DNA from: Rhodothermales bacterium
Lineage (GTDB): Bacteria; Bacteroidota; Rhodothermia; Rhodothermales; VXPQ01
DNA length: 64,000 bases
Direction of reading: 5' to 3'
Assembly (NCBI GenBank): GCA_040904565.1
Contig: JBBDTI010000013.1
Location: forward strand, 120,268-184,267
Part shown: piece after piece, positions 1 to 8,681 of the stretch
How the letters are laid out: each line of letters starts with the position of its first letter
Numbering within the stretch: the stretch's first letter is position 1
Made by a program: the position numbers and the translations under genes
Notes under the pieces: model-generated
What the model saw: only the letters and a program-made list of their open reading frames with translations
The model's database searches: none
What the model was told of the DNA's origin: nothing

Positions 1-62
1 ATCTTGCTCGCGATCTGTTGGAACGTCGCTGGGGCGAGGATCGCGGTGCGAAGGTGTCGTGA
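1..62 (+). CDS. Possible 3' end of an upstream CDS (partial, ...LARDLLERRWGEDRGAKVS*)
   Basis: Open frame from the window edge to TGA at 60-62; too short to assign a family. Confidence 0.3.
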   Translation, partial: LARDLLERRWGEDRGAKVS

Positions 63-168
63 AAAGAAGCGCTGGAACCGATTGTGATGGGTCTGTACCA
101 ACAGGGAGATTGATCTTAACGCGCTGCGCGGCGTACATTACTGTGATTGTGAATTAAGCGAGCGAGAT

Positions 169-549
169 ATGTTTACGTTTCTGATCGTACTGATCGCCAT
201 CATCGGTCTGTTGATCACCCTGGTCGTGCTCGTCCAGAGTGGAAAGGGGGGTGGACTCGCCGGTATCGCCTCGGGTGGCGCCACGCAGCAGATTCTGGGT
301 GCTCGGCAGGCTCCCGACGTGCTGGAGAAGGCGACATGGACGCTGGGCATTGCCTTCGTCGTACTCTGCATTCTGACGAATTTCGCAATCACGGATGAGC
401 AGGTACAGGAGAGCGTCATCCAGCAGCAGGCGCAGCAGGAGGAAACGTCACCGGCGCTGCCGCCAGGCGGTCAGCAGCAGCAACTTCCAGGCGGTCAGCA
501 GCAGCAGCTTCCAGACGCTGGGACGCCTTCCGACGACGGCAGTGAATAG
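169..549 (+). CDS. secG: Preprotein translocase subunit SecG with Q-rich C-terminal tail
   Basis: Two TM helices flanking the 'VLVQSGKGGGL...LEKATW' SecG signature. Confidence 0.95.
   Translation: MFTFLIVLIAIIGLLITLVVLVQSGKGGGLAGIASGGATQQILGARQAPDVLEKATWTLGIAFVVLCILTNFAITDEQVQESVIQQQAQQEETSPALPPGGQQQQLPGGQQQQLPDAGTPSDDGSE
463..514 (+). repeat. 24-bp in-frame tandem repeat, 2 copies plus 4 bp (PGGQQQQL)
   Basis: ccaggcggtcagcagcagcaactt / ccaggcggtcagcagcagcagctt / ccag. Confidence 0.9.
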
Positions 550-630
550 GCGGGGGCTGCGGAGCGGGTAGTATTCGGCTACCGTCTGATCGCGAACCTA
601 AGGGCGATTACGTCCGTCAATTCGAGATGA

Positions 631-667
631 GGGCAGGTGCGCTTCGGCGGGCCTACCCGATTTGTTT
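631..667 (+). terminator. Probable intrinsic terminator after secG
   Basis: Imperfect stem gggcaggtgcgc-TTCG-gcgggcctaccc followed by gatttgttt. Confidence 0.5.
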
Positions 668-781
668 GGCTCCGTTAGTAGTATGGTTCCGATAGCATGG
701 CGTAGGGAAGGCGATGCAACGGCGTCAACGTCGGGGTCGGCGTACGGGAACTGAGAGGCGTGTCGTAGAAGGCCCACGGGC

Positions 782-821
782 AAAAAAACCGCCCGCTGCA
801 CGACGGCAGTTCGGGCGGTTT
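782..821 (-). terminator. Intrinsic terminator downstream of rnpB
   Basis: aaaccgcccg...cgggcggttt stem with an A7 tract on + (U7 on -), about 80 nt past the rnpB 3' end. Confidence 0.75.
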
Positions 822-903
822 GATGGGAGCCTCGTAAATTAGAGGCGTATCGTGCACGCATCTACCCGATGAGGACGGCGGTATCGTGCGTGCAAGCGGC
901 TTG

Positions 904-1316
904 CCCTGCCTGTAAGCCGAATTCTGTCTGACCGCTCCGTCGCAAGGCGCCGGAACGGCGAGATCGTCATTTATCTGGGACCACCGTCACCGGTGGCCTC
1001 GAGCGACCTACCCGCGCCGCAATCTAGGCGGGCAACCTTATCGCTTCGCAAGAAGCGAGGCGGCGCTGTTTGGTCTTGCACCTCGTGGGGTTTGCCTAGC
1101 CGCCGCGGTCGCCCGCGACGCTGGTGGGCTCTTACCCCACCCTTTCACCCATCACCTGTGCGGCCACTTCTCTCGGTGGCGCCATCGGCTGGTCTGCTCT
1201 CTGTTGCACGTGCCGTCGCCGCGCCGTACGGCGCCTTCCCGTTAGGAAGCACGATGCCCTTTGGTGTTCGGACTTTCCTCCCCGGTCTCGCGGACCGAGG
1301 CGACGATCCGGCAGGG
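904..1316 (-). ncRNA. rnpB: RNase P RNA (bacterial type A)
   Basis: Minus strand carries GAGGAAAGTCC (1270-1280) and 3' ACAGAATTCGGCTTA (about 913-927); terminal P1 pairing ccctgcc/ggcaggg. Confidence 0.95.
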
Positions 1317-1430
1317 TATTTCTTAAACAGTGTTCGGTGGATGGTTGACGGGTCTTCGTCGCACATGCTCGGCTGCGTGCATAGTGCGCCGATTATCGTG
1401 CGCCGAATAACGTCGGAATCCGTCAACCGA

Positions 1431-2189
1431 CTACACGTCCATATTCTCGACGGTCTCCCCGTACAGATCGCTGTCAACGATGATGCGACCGGTGTGTTCG
1501 CAAGCAATAATACGATTGCGCTGGCGGATTTCCACCTGACGCTGAGGGGGGACGGCAAAGCCGGCGGCGGCACCACGTTCGAGCGGAACCACGGCACGCC
1601 CGTCGCGCAGCCTATCACGGAGGCGCTCGTACGCGCGCAGATACCGGTTATCGACCTCTTCACCGGCTTCTGCTCGCTTATCTTCCAGTGCCGACTGCTC
1701 CTGCTTCGTATCGTCGAGTACCTCCTGGAGCTCCTTCTGCATGGTACCGAGCAACTCTTCGAGCTCCTTCAGGCGCTCCTCAGCCGCTTCAATAGCCAGC
1801 TGGTGGCTCTCCTCGTTGCCCTCGACGTCCTGGATCTTTTTCTCGGCTTCCTCGATCCGCTGCTTCTGCGCCTCGATTTCCTTGGTAAGGGCATCGTATT
1901 CGCGGTTGTTGCGTACCTGGAGCTGCTGCTCCTCGTACTTCTTGATCAGCTGTTCCGCTTCCTTGATGTCCTTGTCGGCCTGAATCTTCGCGGCCTCGTT
2001 ATCTTTCTCTTCCTGCTTGTACTTGTCGATACGTGTTTCGAGGCCTTCCTTTTCGTCCTCAAGGTCACGAATCTCCTCAGGAAGATCGCCGCGGAGCTTT
2101 TCGATCTGATCGATTCGGTTGTCGATGTGCTGGAGACGGATCAGGGCTCGCAACTGTTCGCCAATGCTTGTCTCCTGTACCGTAGGCAT
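1431..2189 (-). CDS. Coiled-coil protein with degenerate C4 zinc ribbon (CT398/DUF164-like)
   Basis: 'LIRLQHIDNRID', long coiled coil with 'VRNNREYDAL', C-terminal 'VPPQ...IIACEHTGRII'; typical position after the Nif3 gene. Start set at ATG 2189. Confidence 0.88.
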   Translation of the reverse strand: MPTVQETSIGEQLRALIRLQHIDNRIDQIEKLRGDLPEEIRDLEDEKEGLETRIDKYKQEEKDNEAAKIQADKDIKEAEQLIKKYEEQQLQVRNNREYDALTKEIEAQKQRIEEAEKKIQDVEGNEESHQLAIEAAEERLKELEELLGTMQKELQEVLDDTKQEQSALEDKRAEAGEEVDNRYLRAYERLRDRLRDGRAVVPLERGAAAGFAVPPQRQVEIRQRNRIIACEHTGRIIVDSDLYGETVENMDV

Positions 2190-2348
2190 ACGCTCTCTAA
2201 GGTTTTTGTTACTCGGCTCCCAAACGTCAGTAGATGATAACGGCACGGCATACCGAAAGTTCGACCTGGTCCGCACGGTCTGCGCTCTCGACCGTGTATT
2301 TTAATCGAAGAAATTTGCCGGGTCTGAGGGCCTGCGTTCGATAGGTCG

Positions 2349-3206
2349 TCATTGCGGCTGCACGACGAAGGTACGTACCGGGCTCGTTCGCGTCCGCGTC
2401 CGACGCCACGCGGCATCCGGAAACCGCTCTTGAAGCTCGCCGGCCAGGAGGCTTTCGGTTACGGCCTCCGTCTCGTAATGGCCGGCGTCGATGAAAGCGA
2501 GTCTCGGAAGACCGTCCCGATCGAGCGCGCTGAAGTAGTCGTGATATGTTACGTCTGCCGTGACGTACGCATCAGCATTGGCTGCAGCGGCTTTTTCGAT
2601 AAGATCGCTGCCCGCGCCGCCGCACACAGCGACGTGTTCGACGGATGCGGCGGGGTCTCCCACGTATCTCAGGCTGGGTGTCTTGAGACAATCCGCGACG
2701 TGTCCGAGAAAGTCATGGAGCCTCATGGGCTCATTTAGGCGCCCGATCGCGCCGAATCCGATCTCGTCGACGTTGGACGCGGTGAGGTCGGGTGCGTCGC
2801 CGTCGGGCGTAAAGACATCCAGGAAATTCATGTCCGTCAGCCCCAGCTGTCGTCCGAGGGCATACGAGACACCTCCCGACGCGGCGTCGAGGTTGGTATG
2901 GATGCTGTAGAGCCCGATGCCGTTTGCGGCCAATCGATATGCCAGATTGGAGACGAACGTCGTGGTAGTGACGTGCGTGAGAGGGTGGAAGAGGAGGGGA
3001 TGATGGGTGATTACGAGGGATGCCTCTATCGAGATCGCCTCTTCAAGGACGGCGGGCGTCATATCGAGCGCGATCACGGCGCGTTCGACCCGTGCGTCCG
3101 GGTCGCCCACCTGCAGGCCGACGTTGTCGTAGGACTGGGCGGTGGATCGGGGCGCCCACCGTTCGAGGAAGGTCGCAATCTCGCGAATGGCAGGGAAGTC
3201 GGGCAT
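2349..3206 (-). CDS. Nif3-like dinuclear metal centre protein (YbgI/YqfO family)
   Basis: 'YDNVGLQVG', 'ITHHPLLF', 'HTNLD', 'VAVCGGAG', 'DAGHYETE'. Confidence 0.93.
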   Translation of the reverse strand: MPDFPAIREIATFLERWAPRSTAQSYDNVGLQVGDPDARVERAVIALDMTPAVLEEAISIEASLVITHHPLLFHPLTHVTTTTFVSNLAYRLAANGIGLYSIHTNLDAASGGVSYALGRQLGLTDMNFLDVFTPDGDAPDLTASNVDEIGFGAIGRLNEPMRLHDFLGHVADCLKTPSLRYVGDPAASVEHVAVCGGAGSDLIEKAAAANADAYVTADVTYHDYFSALDRDGLPRLAFIDAGHYETEAVTESLLAGELQERFPDAAWRRTRTRTSPVRTFVVQPQ

Positions 3207-3326
3207 GTGCGGAACCGTCGTCTATTTTTTGAAGAGAAGCCCGCCGCAAATTCCTGCGCCAGGGAGGCGGGGAAAGGGAAGGACGCGGCGGGGGCTCAAA
3301 AAACTATATCAAGCGGTCATGGTTCA

Positions 3327-3352
3327 TAAAGAACGACACCCGGCGGGTGTCG
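3327..3352 (-). terminator. Terminator-like hairpin on the minus strand upstream of rpiB
   Basis: Perfect 8-bp stem cgacaccc-ggc-gggtgtcg followed by ttcttta on the minus strand. Confidence 0.45.
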
Positions 3353-3388
3353 GGTGACGACGAAACGGAGTATATGTGACGTAAGAGG

Positions 3389-3838
3389 ATGCGTATTGCT
3401 GTAAGCACGGACGAGCGCACGAGCCTTGTCGACGAGCTGCTTGCCGAGCTGGAGAAGCGAGGCCACGACGTCGCGTATTTCGGTCCTGACGATCCGGAGG
3501 CGTCGGTCGACTGGCCGGACGTCACGATGGAGGCGGTACGTACCGTCCGGGATGGACGCGCGGATGAAGCCGTCGTCATGTGCTGGACGGGTACCGGGTG
3601 CTCGATCGTAGCGAACAAGGTGCCGGGAATTCGCGCCGCACTGTGCGGAGATGCGGAAACGGCGAAGGGCGCCCGGATATGGAATCACGCGAACGTACTC
3701 GCGCTCAGCCTTCGGGCGACGTCGCCGCCGGTGCTTCGAGAAATCCTCGATCGCTGGTTCGACACGCCGCTGAGCAAAGACGAGTGGAACCTGCGTCAGA
3801 TCGAGCGGGTCGGTGAGATCGAGGAAGAGGGGAGGTAA
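3389..3838 (+). CDS. RpiB/LacA/LacB family sugar-phosphate isomerase
   Basis: 'MCWTGTGCSIVANKVPGIRAALC...ARIWNHANVLAL'. Confidence 0.9.
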   Translation: MRIAVSTDERTSLVDELLAELEKRGHDVAYFGPDDPEASVDWPDVTMEAVRTVRDGRADEAVVMCWTGTGCSIVANKVPGIRAALCGDAETAKGARIWNHANVLALSLRATSPPVLREILDRWFDTPLSKDEWNLRQIERVGEIEEEGR

Positions 3839-3840
3839 GG

Positions 3841-5157
3841 TCAATCTACCGGCGGGCCTGTCAGCACGACCGCACGGTCTGCCCGCGAAGACCCGCGCTT
3901 CTCATCCACCCGAAAAAGGAGCAGGGCACCGGCGACGAAGAACAGGATGACGACGGACATGCCGGCGCGCTGGCTGTCGAAAAGGCCGGTCACGATGCCC
4001 AGGAGCACCGGGCCGAGAAACGCCGTTGCCTTCCCGGAGAACGCGAAAAAGCCGAAGAATTCATTCTCTTTGTCGAGTGGGATGAATCGGCCCATCAGCG
4101 ATCGGCTGGCCGACTGATTCGGCCCCGCGGAGAGTCCGACGAGAATCGCCGCGGCCCAGAATACGCCGCGGCTAGACGCCATGACGGCCCCAAGCGCAGC
4201 GACGAGCAGACAGGCCAGGCTGATGAAGATCGTGGTGCGGCCGCCCAGGCGATCGTCGACGAAGCCGAACGCATAGGCTCCGAGTCCGGCCGCAACGTTC
4301 AACACGATGCCGAAGAGGAAGATGTCTTCCGTCGTGAAGCCGAAGGTCCCGACGGCATAGATGCCGCCGAACGCGAAGATGGTTACGAGTCCGTCGTTGT
4401 AGACGAGCCGGGCCAGCAGCAGCCAGAAGATGTCGCGATAGGACCGTATCTCCTTAAAGGTGCGGATAATTTCTCGCGTGGCCGACCGCACGACATTACC
4501 TACCTGGGGCTGCCGGGAGGGACGGCGTTCGCGCAGCGTCGCGAAAAGGGGAATGGAAAAGAGCCCGAACCATGCCGCGACGAGCAGATTCGTGGCCCGG
4601 ACGTGCTCGCCGGAAGCCTTGGAGAGACCGAACGGCGGCGTTTCAGGCGCAACGAAGAGATAGAAGCCGGCCAGCAAGCAGAAGAGTCCGCCCACGTAGC
4701 CGAGCGCCCATCCGTATCCGGATATGCGTCCTATTCGATGTGGGGCCGCGATGTCGGGCAGGAAGGCATTGTAGAAGACATTGGCAAGCTCGAAGGCGAC
4801 GTTGCCGATCACGAAAATGACGAGCGCGAACATGACGTCCCCGGGCCCGGCAAAATAGAGCAGCGCCGTCGCCACGACGCAAATCATCGTCGTCAACAGC
4901 AGGAATCGTTTCCGATAGCCGCCGCGATCCGCCATCGCGCCGAGATACGGTGACAGAAGCGCGACGAGGATCTGTGATAGCCCGATTCCGCGGGACCAGA
5001 GCTCCGTGCCCACGACGTCGTTCTCGGCGATCGCGTCGGTGAAGTAGGTTGCGAAGATGAAGGTGACGACGAGCGTCGTGAACGCCGAGTTGGCGAAGTC
5101 GTACGTTGCCCACGCGGCGATGGCACGGCGGCGGTCGGGTGCGTCAGGTTTGTTCAC
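3841..5157 (-). CDS. MFS transporter (UMF1/ATG22-like)
   Basis: 'AWATYDFANSAF', 'FYNAFLPDIA', 'QSASRSLM'; about 12 TM helices. Confidence 0.92.
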   Translation of the reverse strand: MNKPDAPDRRRAIAAWATYDFANSAFTTLVVTFIFATYFTDAIAENDVVGTELWSRGIGLSQILVALLSPYLGAMADRGGYRKRFLLLTTMICVVATALLYFAGPGDVMFALVIFVIGNVAFELANVFYNAFLPDIAAPHRIGRISGYGWALGYVGGLFCLLAGFYLFVAPETPPFGLSKASGEHVRATNLLVAAWFGLFSIPLFATLRERRPSRQPQVGNVVRSATREIIRTFKEIRSYRDIFWLLLARLVYNDGLVTIFAFGGIYAVGTFGFTTEDIFLFGIVLNVAAGLGAYAFGFVDDRLGGRTTIFISLACLLVAALGAVMASSRGVFWAAAILVGLSAGPNQSASRSLMGRFIPLDKENEFFGFFAFSGKATAFLGPVLLGIVTGLFDSQRAGMSVVILFFVAGALLLFRVDEKRGSSRADRAVVLTGPPVD

Positions 5158-6196
5158 GTCGGCTCAAGGAGGTGCTTCGGGCACCGATGAAAGCGTCTAC
5201 GGCTTCGAAAAACGGCTCCGGACTTTCCCACTGCGGGAGGAGTCCGCCCGAAATCCGTTTGATGGATAGGTGGTCGCCGTTTCGGCGGGCCAGCTCGTCG
5301 AGACCGTCGAATTGCTGAACGAGCCCCTCCGATATCTTCGGGACGACGATAAGCGTCGGTACGCGCAGCGATGCGTAGGCCTGCTTGGCGGCACTTCCGC
5401 TCGAAAGGAGCCCCTGAACGAAGTAGCGCGGAGCATGATAGGCACCCTGCACGCCGGTGGTTTTAACGGCGTAGTCGACGATGTTCTCCGGCACGTCGCC
5501 GGACCGGAACACCTGCCGCTGGTAGAAACGACGCAGGACGTCTCTCCGGGTCAGTTTATAGTACAGCATCTCGAAGGCGCCGATCGAGTCCGCGGCGGCG
5601 ATGGCGGCGCGTTTCCACACCGGCGAAGGCCGATCGTTCGAAAGTCCGGTCGGTCCGATAAGCACCATCCGACGCACGAGGTACGGAAACGATCGAGCGA
5701 TGTGGGCAGCGTACTCACTGGATAGAGAGAGCGCGATGATGTCGGCGGGCTGGTGCACTTGCTCGCTGAGGAAGCGCCGAAGCTGCCGCTGATAGACGGC
5801 CGCGGAATAGCGGACGGGTGGACGCTCCGATCGACCGAAGCCGAACCACTCCAGAGCGTAGATCGGACGTTCGGTGTGCGCGGCAAAGTGGTCGTAGATC
5901 GGCTTCATCTCATAGGACGATGCAGCGGCGTTGACGCTGTGAAGCAACACGAGCGGCGCACCCGTGCCCTCACGCGCGTAGAAGCGCGTACGCCCTTCCA
6001 TGATTTCCATCGTTTTCAATTCGGCGTCCAGTGCCGACTCGAGGTCGGACGGCGATGTAAGCTTGAGACGTCTGATGCGGCGAAAGAGGGATCCCGTGAC
6101 GATCGCACCCAGCGCTACCGATCCGGTAACGAGGGCCGTTTTGCGCCCCAGGGTGCTGCCGTCGGATGATGCGTCGTGCTCGGCGTCTTCGAACAT
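5144..6196 (-). CDS. Membrane-anchored alpha/beta hydrolase-fold protein
   Basis: 'PLVLLHS...ASSYEM', 'WFGFGRSERP', 'IIALSLS'; N-terminal TM segment. Start set at ATG 6196. Confidence 0.85.
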   Translation of the reverse strand: MFEDAEHDASSDGSTLGRKTALVTGSVALGAIVTGSLFRRIRRLKLTSPSDLESALDAELKTMEIMEGRTRFYAREGTGAPLVLLHSVNAAASSYEMKPIYDHFAAHTERPIYALEWFGFGRSERPPVRYSAAVYQRQLRRFLSEQVHQPADIIALSLSSEYAAHIARSFPYLVRRMVLIGPTGLSNDRPSPVWKRAAIAAADSIGAFEMLYYKLTRRDVLRRFYQRQVFRSGDVPENIVDYAVKTTGVQGAYHAPRYFVQGLLSSGSAAKQAYASLRVPTLIVVPKISEGLVQQFDGLDELARRNGDHLSIKRISGGLLPQWESPEPFFEAVDAFIGARSTSLSRREQT

Positions 6197-6379
6197 AGAG
6201 ATTAGGGTTGATATCCGGATCGCTTGACGGCATTTCGCGTACACTCGACGTGTTTCCTACGTAGCCGGCGAACAATAGATCTTCTTATACTATGTATTTT
6301 GAAGTTCGCATCTGATCGAATCTCTTGCGTACAGCCGCAGCGTGACGATCGGCCGGTTCGCAGCGCCGTGCGGCGAGAT

Positions 6380-6456
6380 CCCCTCGTAGCTCAGTCGGAT
6401 AGAGCACCGGTTTCCTAAACCGTAGGTCGCAGGTTCGATTCCTGCCGAGGGGACCA
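6380..6456 (+). tRNA. tRNA-Arg (anticodon CCT)
   Basis: Acceptor stem cccctcg/cgagggg, D arm gctc/gagc, anticodon loop ttCCTaa, T loop GGTTCGATTCC, encoded CCA. Confidence 0.96.
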
Positions 6457-6666
6457 TCACATCAGCGCCCTGTTTCGGGCGCCGGGCGTAGATAGCAGGC
6501 TGCGGAAGATGCCGCCCTGCAACACGTCGGAGGCGAGTGAATGTCCGCGTACAGCCGCTTCGGGGGTGCGATTTTCTACATATTCTCGTCGCATTGACGT
6601 ATTCTGTAGGAGATTTCACCGAATCCATCTACAAAATCATTTGATTATAATCAGCTGAACGGAATT

Positions 6667-7446
6667 ATGAAGCAATTGAGTAATGTGCTGCCGGCGGGCC
6701 TGGCGATCCTCCTGGCTTTTGGAATGACATCGAGCGCCATAGGTCAGATCGGTATAGGCGCTCAGGCTCCTGCCGGCGCGACGGTCCTTTTTGACGGCAC
6801 GAGGGCGTCTCTCGACGCCAACTGGGAGTACTGGGAGGGTCCGTGTTTTGCCTCGTCGATGCCGATCAAGTGGAACGTCGTCCCGAACCATTTCGATGGT
6901 GGGGGCACGGCCCTGTCTACGAAGGATCCCTACTCGGACACGTACGGACAGGCCGACATCGTCACCAAGATGAATCCGCGTGACTTTCGCCTGCACGTCG
7001 AATTTCTCGTTCCGCGTTCCAGCGGCAACAGCGGCGTATATCTGGACAATCGCTACGAGATTCAGGTCGTAGAAGGTGAAGAAGGCGAGCACGGGATGGC
7101 CGCCGTGATCAATGAAAAGGCGGCACCCTACGAGCTGTTCAACGGCCTTCAGAAATGGAACGCCTACGACATCCAGTTTCGCGGTGCGCGCTTCGACTCG
7201 GACGGGAATCGGACGGAGCGGGCCATGGTCACGATGTACTTCAACGGCGAGAAAGTGCATCAGAACGTTCCCATCAACTTCGTCTCGGGAGGCGCGTGCT
7301 CAGGACTTGACGGAGCGAATGACGGCGGCAATCGCATTACGCCCGGGCCCGGAGGCGTGAAGCTCCAGGCCGAAGGCCACGACGTCCGCTACCGCAACAT
7401 CTGGATGCAGCCGATGCACTTTGAGGAGGCGAATACGAACTTCTAG
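6667..7446 (+). CDS. Exported DUF1080 (3-keto-disaccharide hydrolase family) protein
   Basis: Signal peptide; 'VLFDG', 'DFRLHVEF', 'GNSGVYL..RYEIQV', 'WNAYDI.F', 'LQAEGHDVRYRNIW'. Confidence 0.88.
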   Translation: MKQLSNVLPAGLAILLAFGMTSSAIGQIGIGAQAPAGATVLFDGTRASLDANWEYWEGPCFASSMPIKWNVVPNHFDGGGTALSTKDPYSDTYGQADIVTKMNPRDFRLHVEFLVPRSSGNSGVYLDNRYEIQVVEGEEGEHGMAAVINEKAAPYELFNGLQKWNAYDIQFRGARFDSDGNRTERAMVTMYFNGEKVHQNVPINFVSGGACSGLDGANDGGNRITPGPGGVKLQAEGHDVRYRNIWMQPMHFEEANTNF

Positions 7447-7636
7447 GTCGAGCGACGTGTAGCTCAATTCTCGTATGTTATTCGGTGCGCCCGGATCGCT
7501 CTGCGCGGCAGTACGCTGCCGCAGGGGGATGCGGGCGCAACGTGTTTTGTGCCGCTTCGTTTAGAGATCGGATCGTTTTACGTCGTAACGGAGGTCCTCG
7601 ACGGCCTCACGCTCCCATTGCGTCCACGCTCCCATC

Positions 7637-8227
7637 ATGGAAGAGATGCAATCCAAAGAGATGGATGAGCCACAGCGTACGTTTCTTGCGCTCGGCTCGA
7701 ACGTGGGGGAGCGGATCGAGCATCTGCGATATGCCGTAGCGCAACTTCGGTCGCACGGATCCCTGCGGGTTACCTCGACGTCGCCCGTTTATGAGACGAC
7801 CGCGCATATGCTGCGCCCCGACCAGCAGGCGCGACCCTATCTTAACGCCGTGCTGGAGGTTCAGTCACGCCTCCGGGCATCGACTCTTCTAGCCTTCGCG
7901 CTCGATATCGAGCGCGAGCGAGGCCGTGACCGGTCAGGTGGACATCGATGGGCGGCTCGAACGCTGGATATCGATCTGCTGCTCTTCGGAGAGGAGTCCA
8001 TTCACGAGCCCGATCTGACGGTTCCACATCCGCGCATGGCGAGTCGCCGGTTCGTTCTCGTTCCCCTGGCAGATATTGCAGAAGAAGTCTACGTCCCAGC
8101 TCCGTTCGAGACAACGGTACGAGCGTTGCTCGCTTGGTGCGAGGACGCGGGGAACGTTCGGCGAACGTCGTATACGCTCGACGATGCAGGTGCTGCCTCA
8201 GGAAAGAACGGATCGATGGCGCGCTGA
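7637..8227 (+). CDS. folK: 2-amino-4-hydroxy-6-hydroxymethyldihydropteridine diphosphokinase
   Basis: 'LALGSNVG', 'SPVYET', 'YLNAV', 'RTLDIDLL', 'VPHPRM..RRFVLVPL'. Confidence 0.95.
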   Translation: MEEMQSKEMDEPQRTFLALGSNVGERIEHLRYAVAQLRSHGSLRVTSTSPVYETTAHMLRPDQQARPYLNAVLEVQSRLRASTLLAFALDIERERGRDRSGGHRWAARTLDIDLLLFGEESIHEPDLTVPHPRMASRRFVLVPLADIAEEVYVPAPFETTVRALLAWCEDAGNVRRTSYTLDDAGAASGKNGSMAR

Positions 8228-8346
8228 CGATATCGTGAACCTGGGGGACGTCGACTTCGTTAAGAACTCGGACGCCGTGACTGAGATGATCCGCTAGATA
8301 GGGTCTTCCCGGTATGTCGGCGTTACATGGTACCGGGCCGACCGCC

Positions 8347-8372
8347 TGGATCTGTTGGATGGATCTGTTGGA
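8347..8372. repeat. 13-bp tandem direct repeat (tggatctgttgga x2)
   Basis: Read directly in the intergenic region, about 60 bp upstream of the small ORF at 8433. Confidence 0.7.
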
Positions 8373-8432
8373 CTAATAAGCCGCTGCACCCGGCCGCGGT
8401 TCTCGATGCAGCGGGGATGCACGATACACGCT

Positions 8433-8630
8433 ATGCTTCTGAAGCTTCTTTTTGTCGCGATCGTTCTATACTACGTCGTCAAGACCTTTCGATCCCTCAT
8501 TCGGGCGATTTCGAGCGATGGAGAACCGTCCAAACTACGGAACGATCGCGATCCTCGGGCAGGTCGACGGGGGGCGGCCCGTTCAGAGGCGTACGACGAC
8601 GTGGAAGATGCGAAGTACGTGGATATCTGA
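8433..8630 (+). CDS. Small single-TM hypothetical protein
   Basis: MLLKLLFVAIVLYYVV TM segment and C-terminal 'DVEDAKYVDI', a tail type common in small FCB membrane proteins. Confidence 0.65.
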   Translation: MLLKLLFVAIVLYYVVKTFRSLIRAISSDGEPSKLRNDRDPRAGRRGAARSEAYDDVEDAKYVDI

Positions 8631-8681
8631 GGAGTTGACGTCGTGACCGGCCCTGTGGACGTTGGAGTCTTTAGAAGGCGT

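Noticed and set aside
993-2237. 414-aa plus-strand ORF
   Set aside because: Antisense shadow of rnpB and the coiled-coil gene; its Leu-rich text is the reverse complement of Glu/Lys/Gln codons.
6380-7446. Genomic island at tRNA-Arg (AT-richer patch followed by the DUF1080 gene)
   Set aside because: No integrase, and I found no duplicated tRNA 3' end; the flanking genes are housekeeping.
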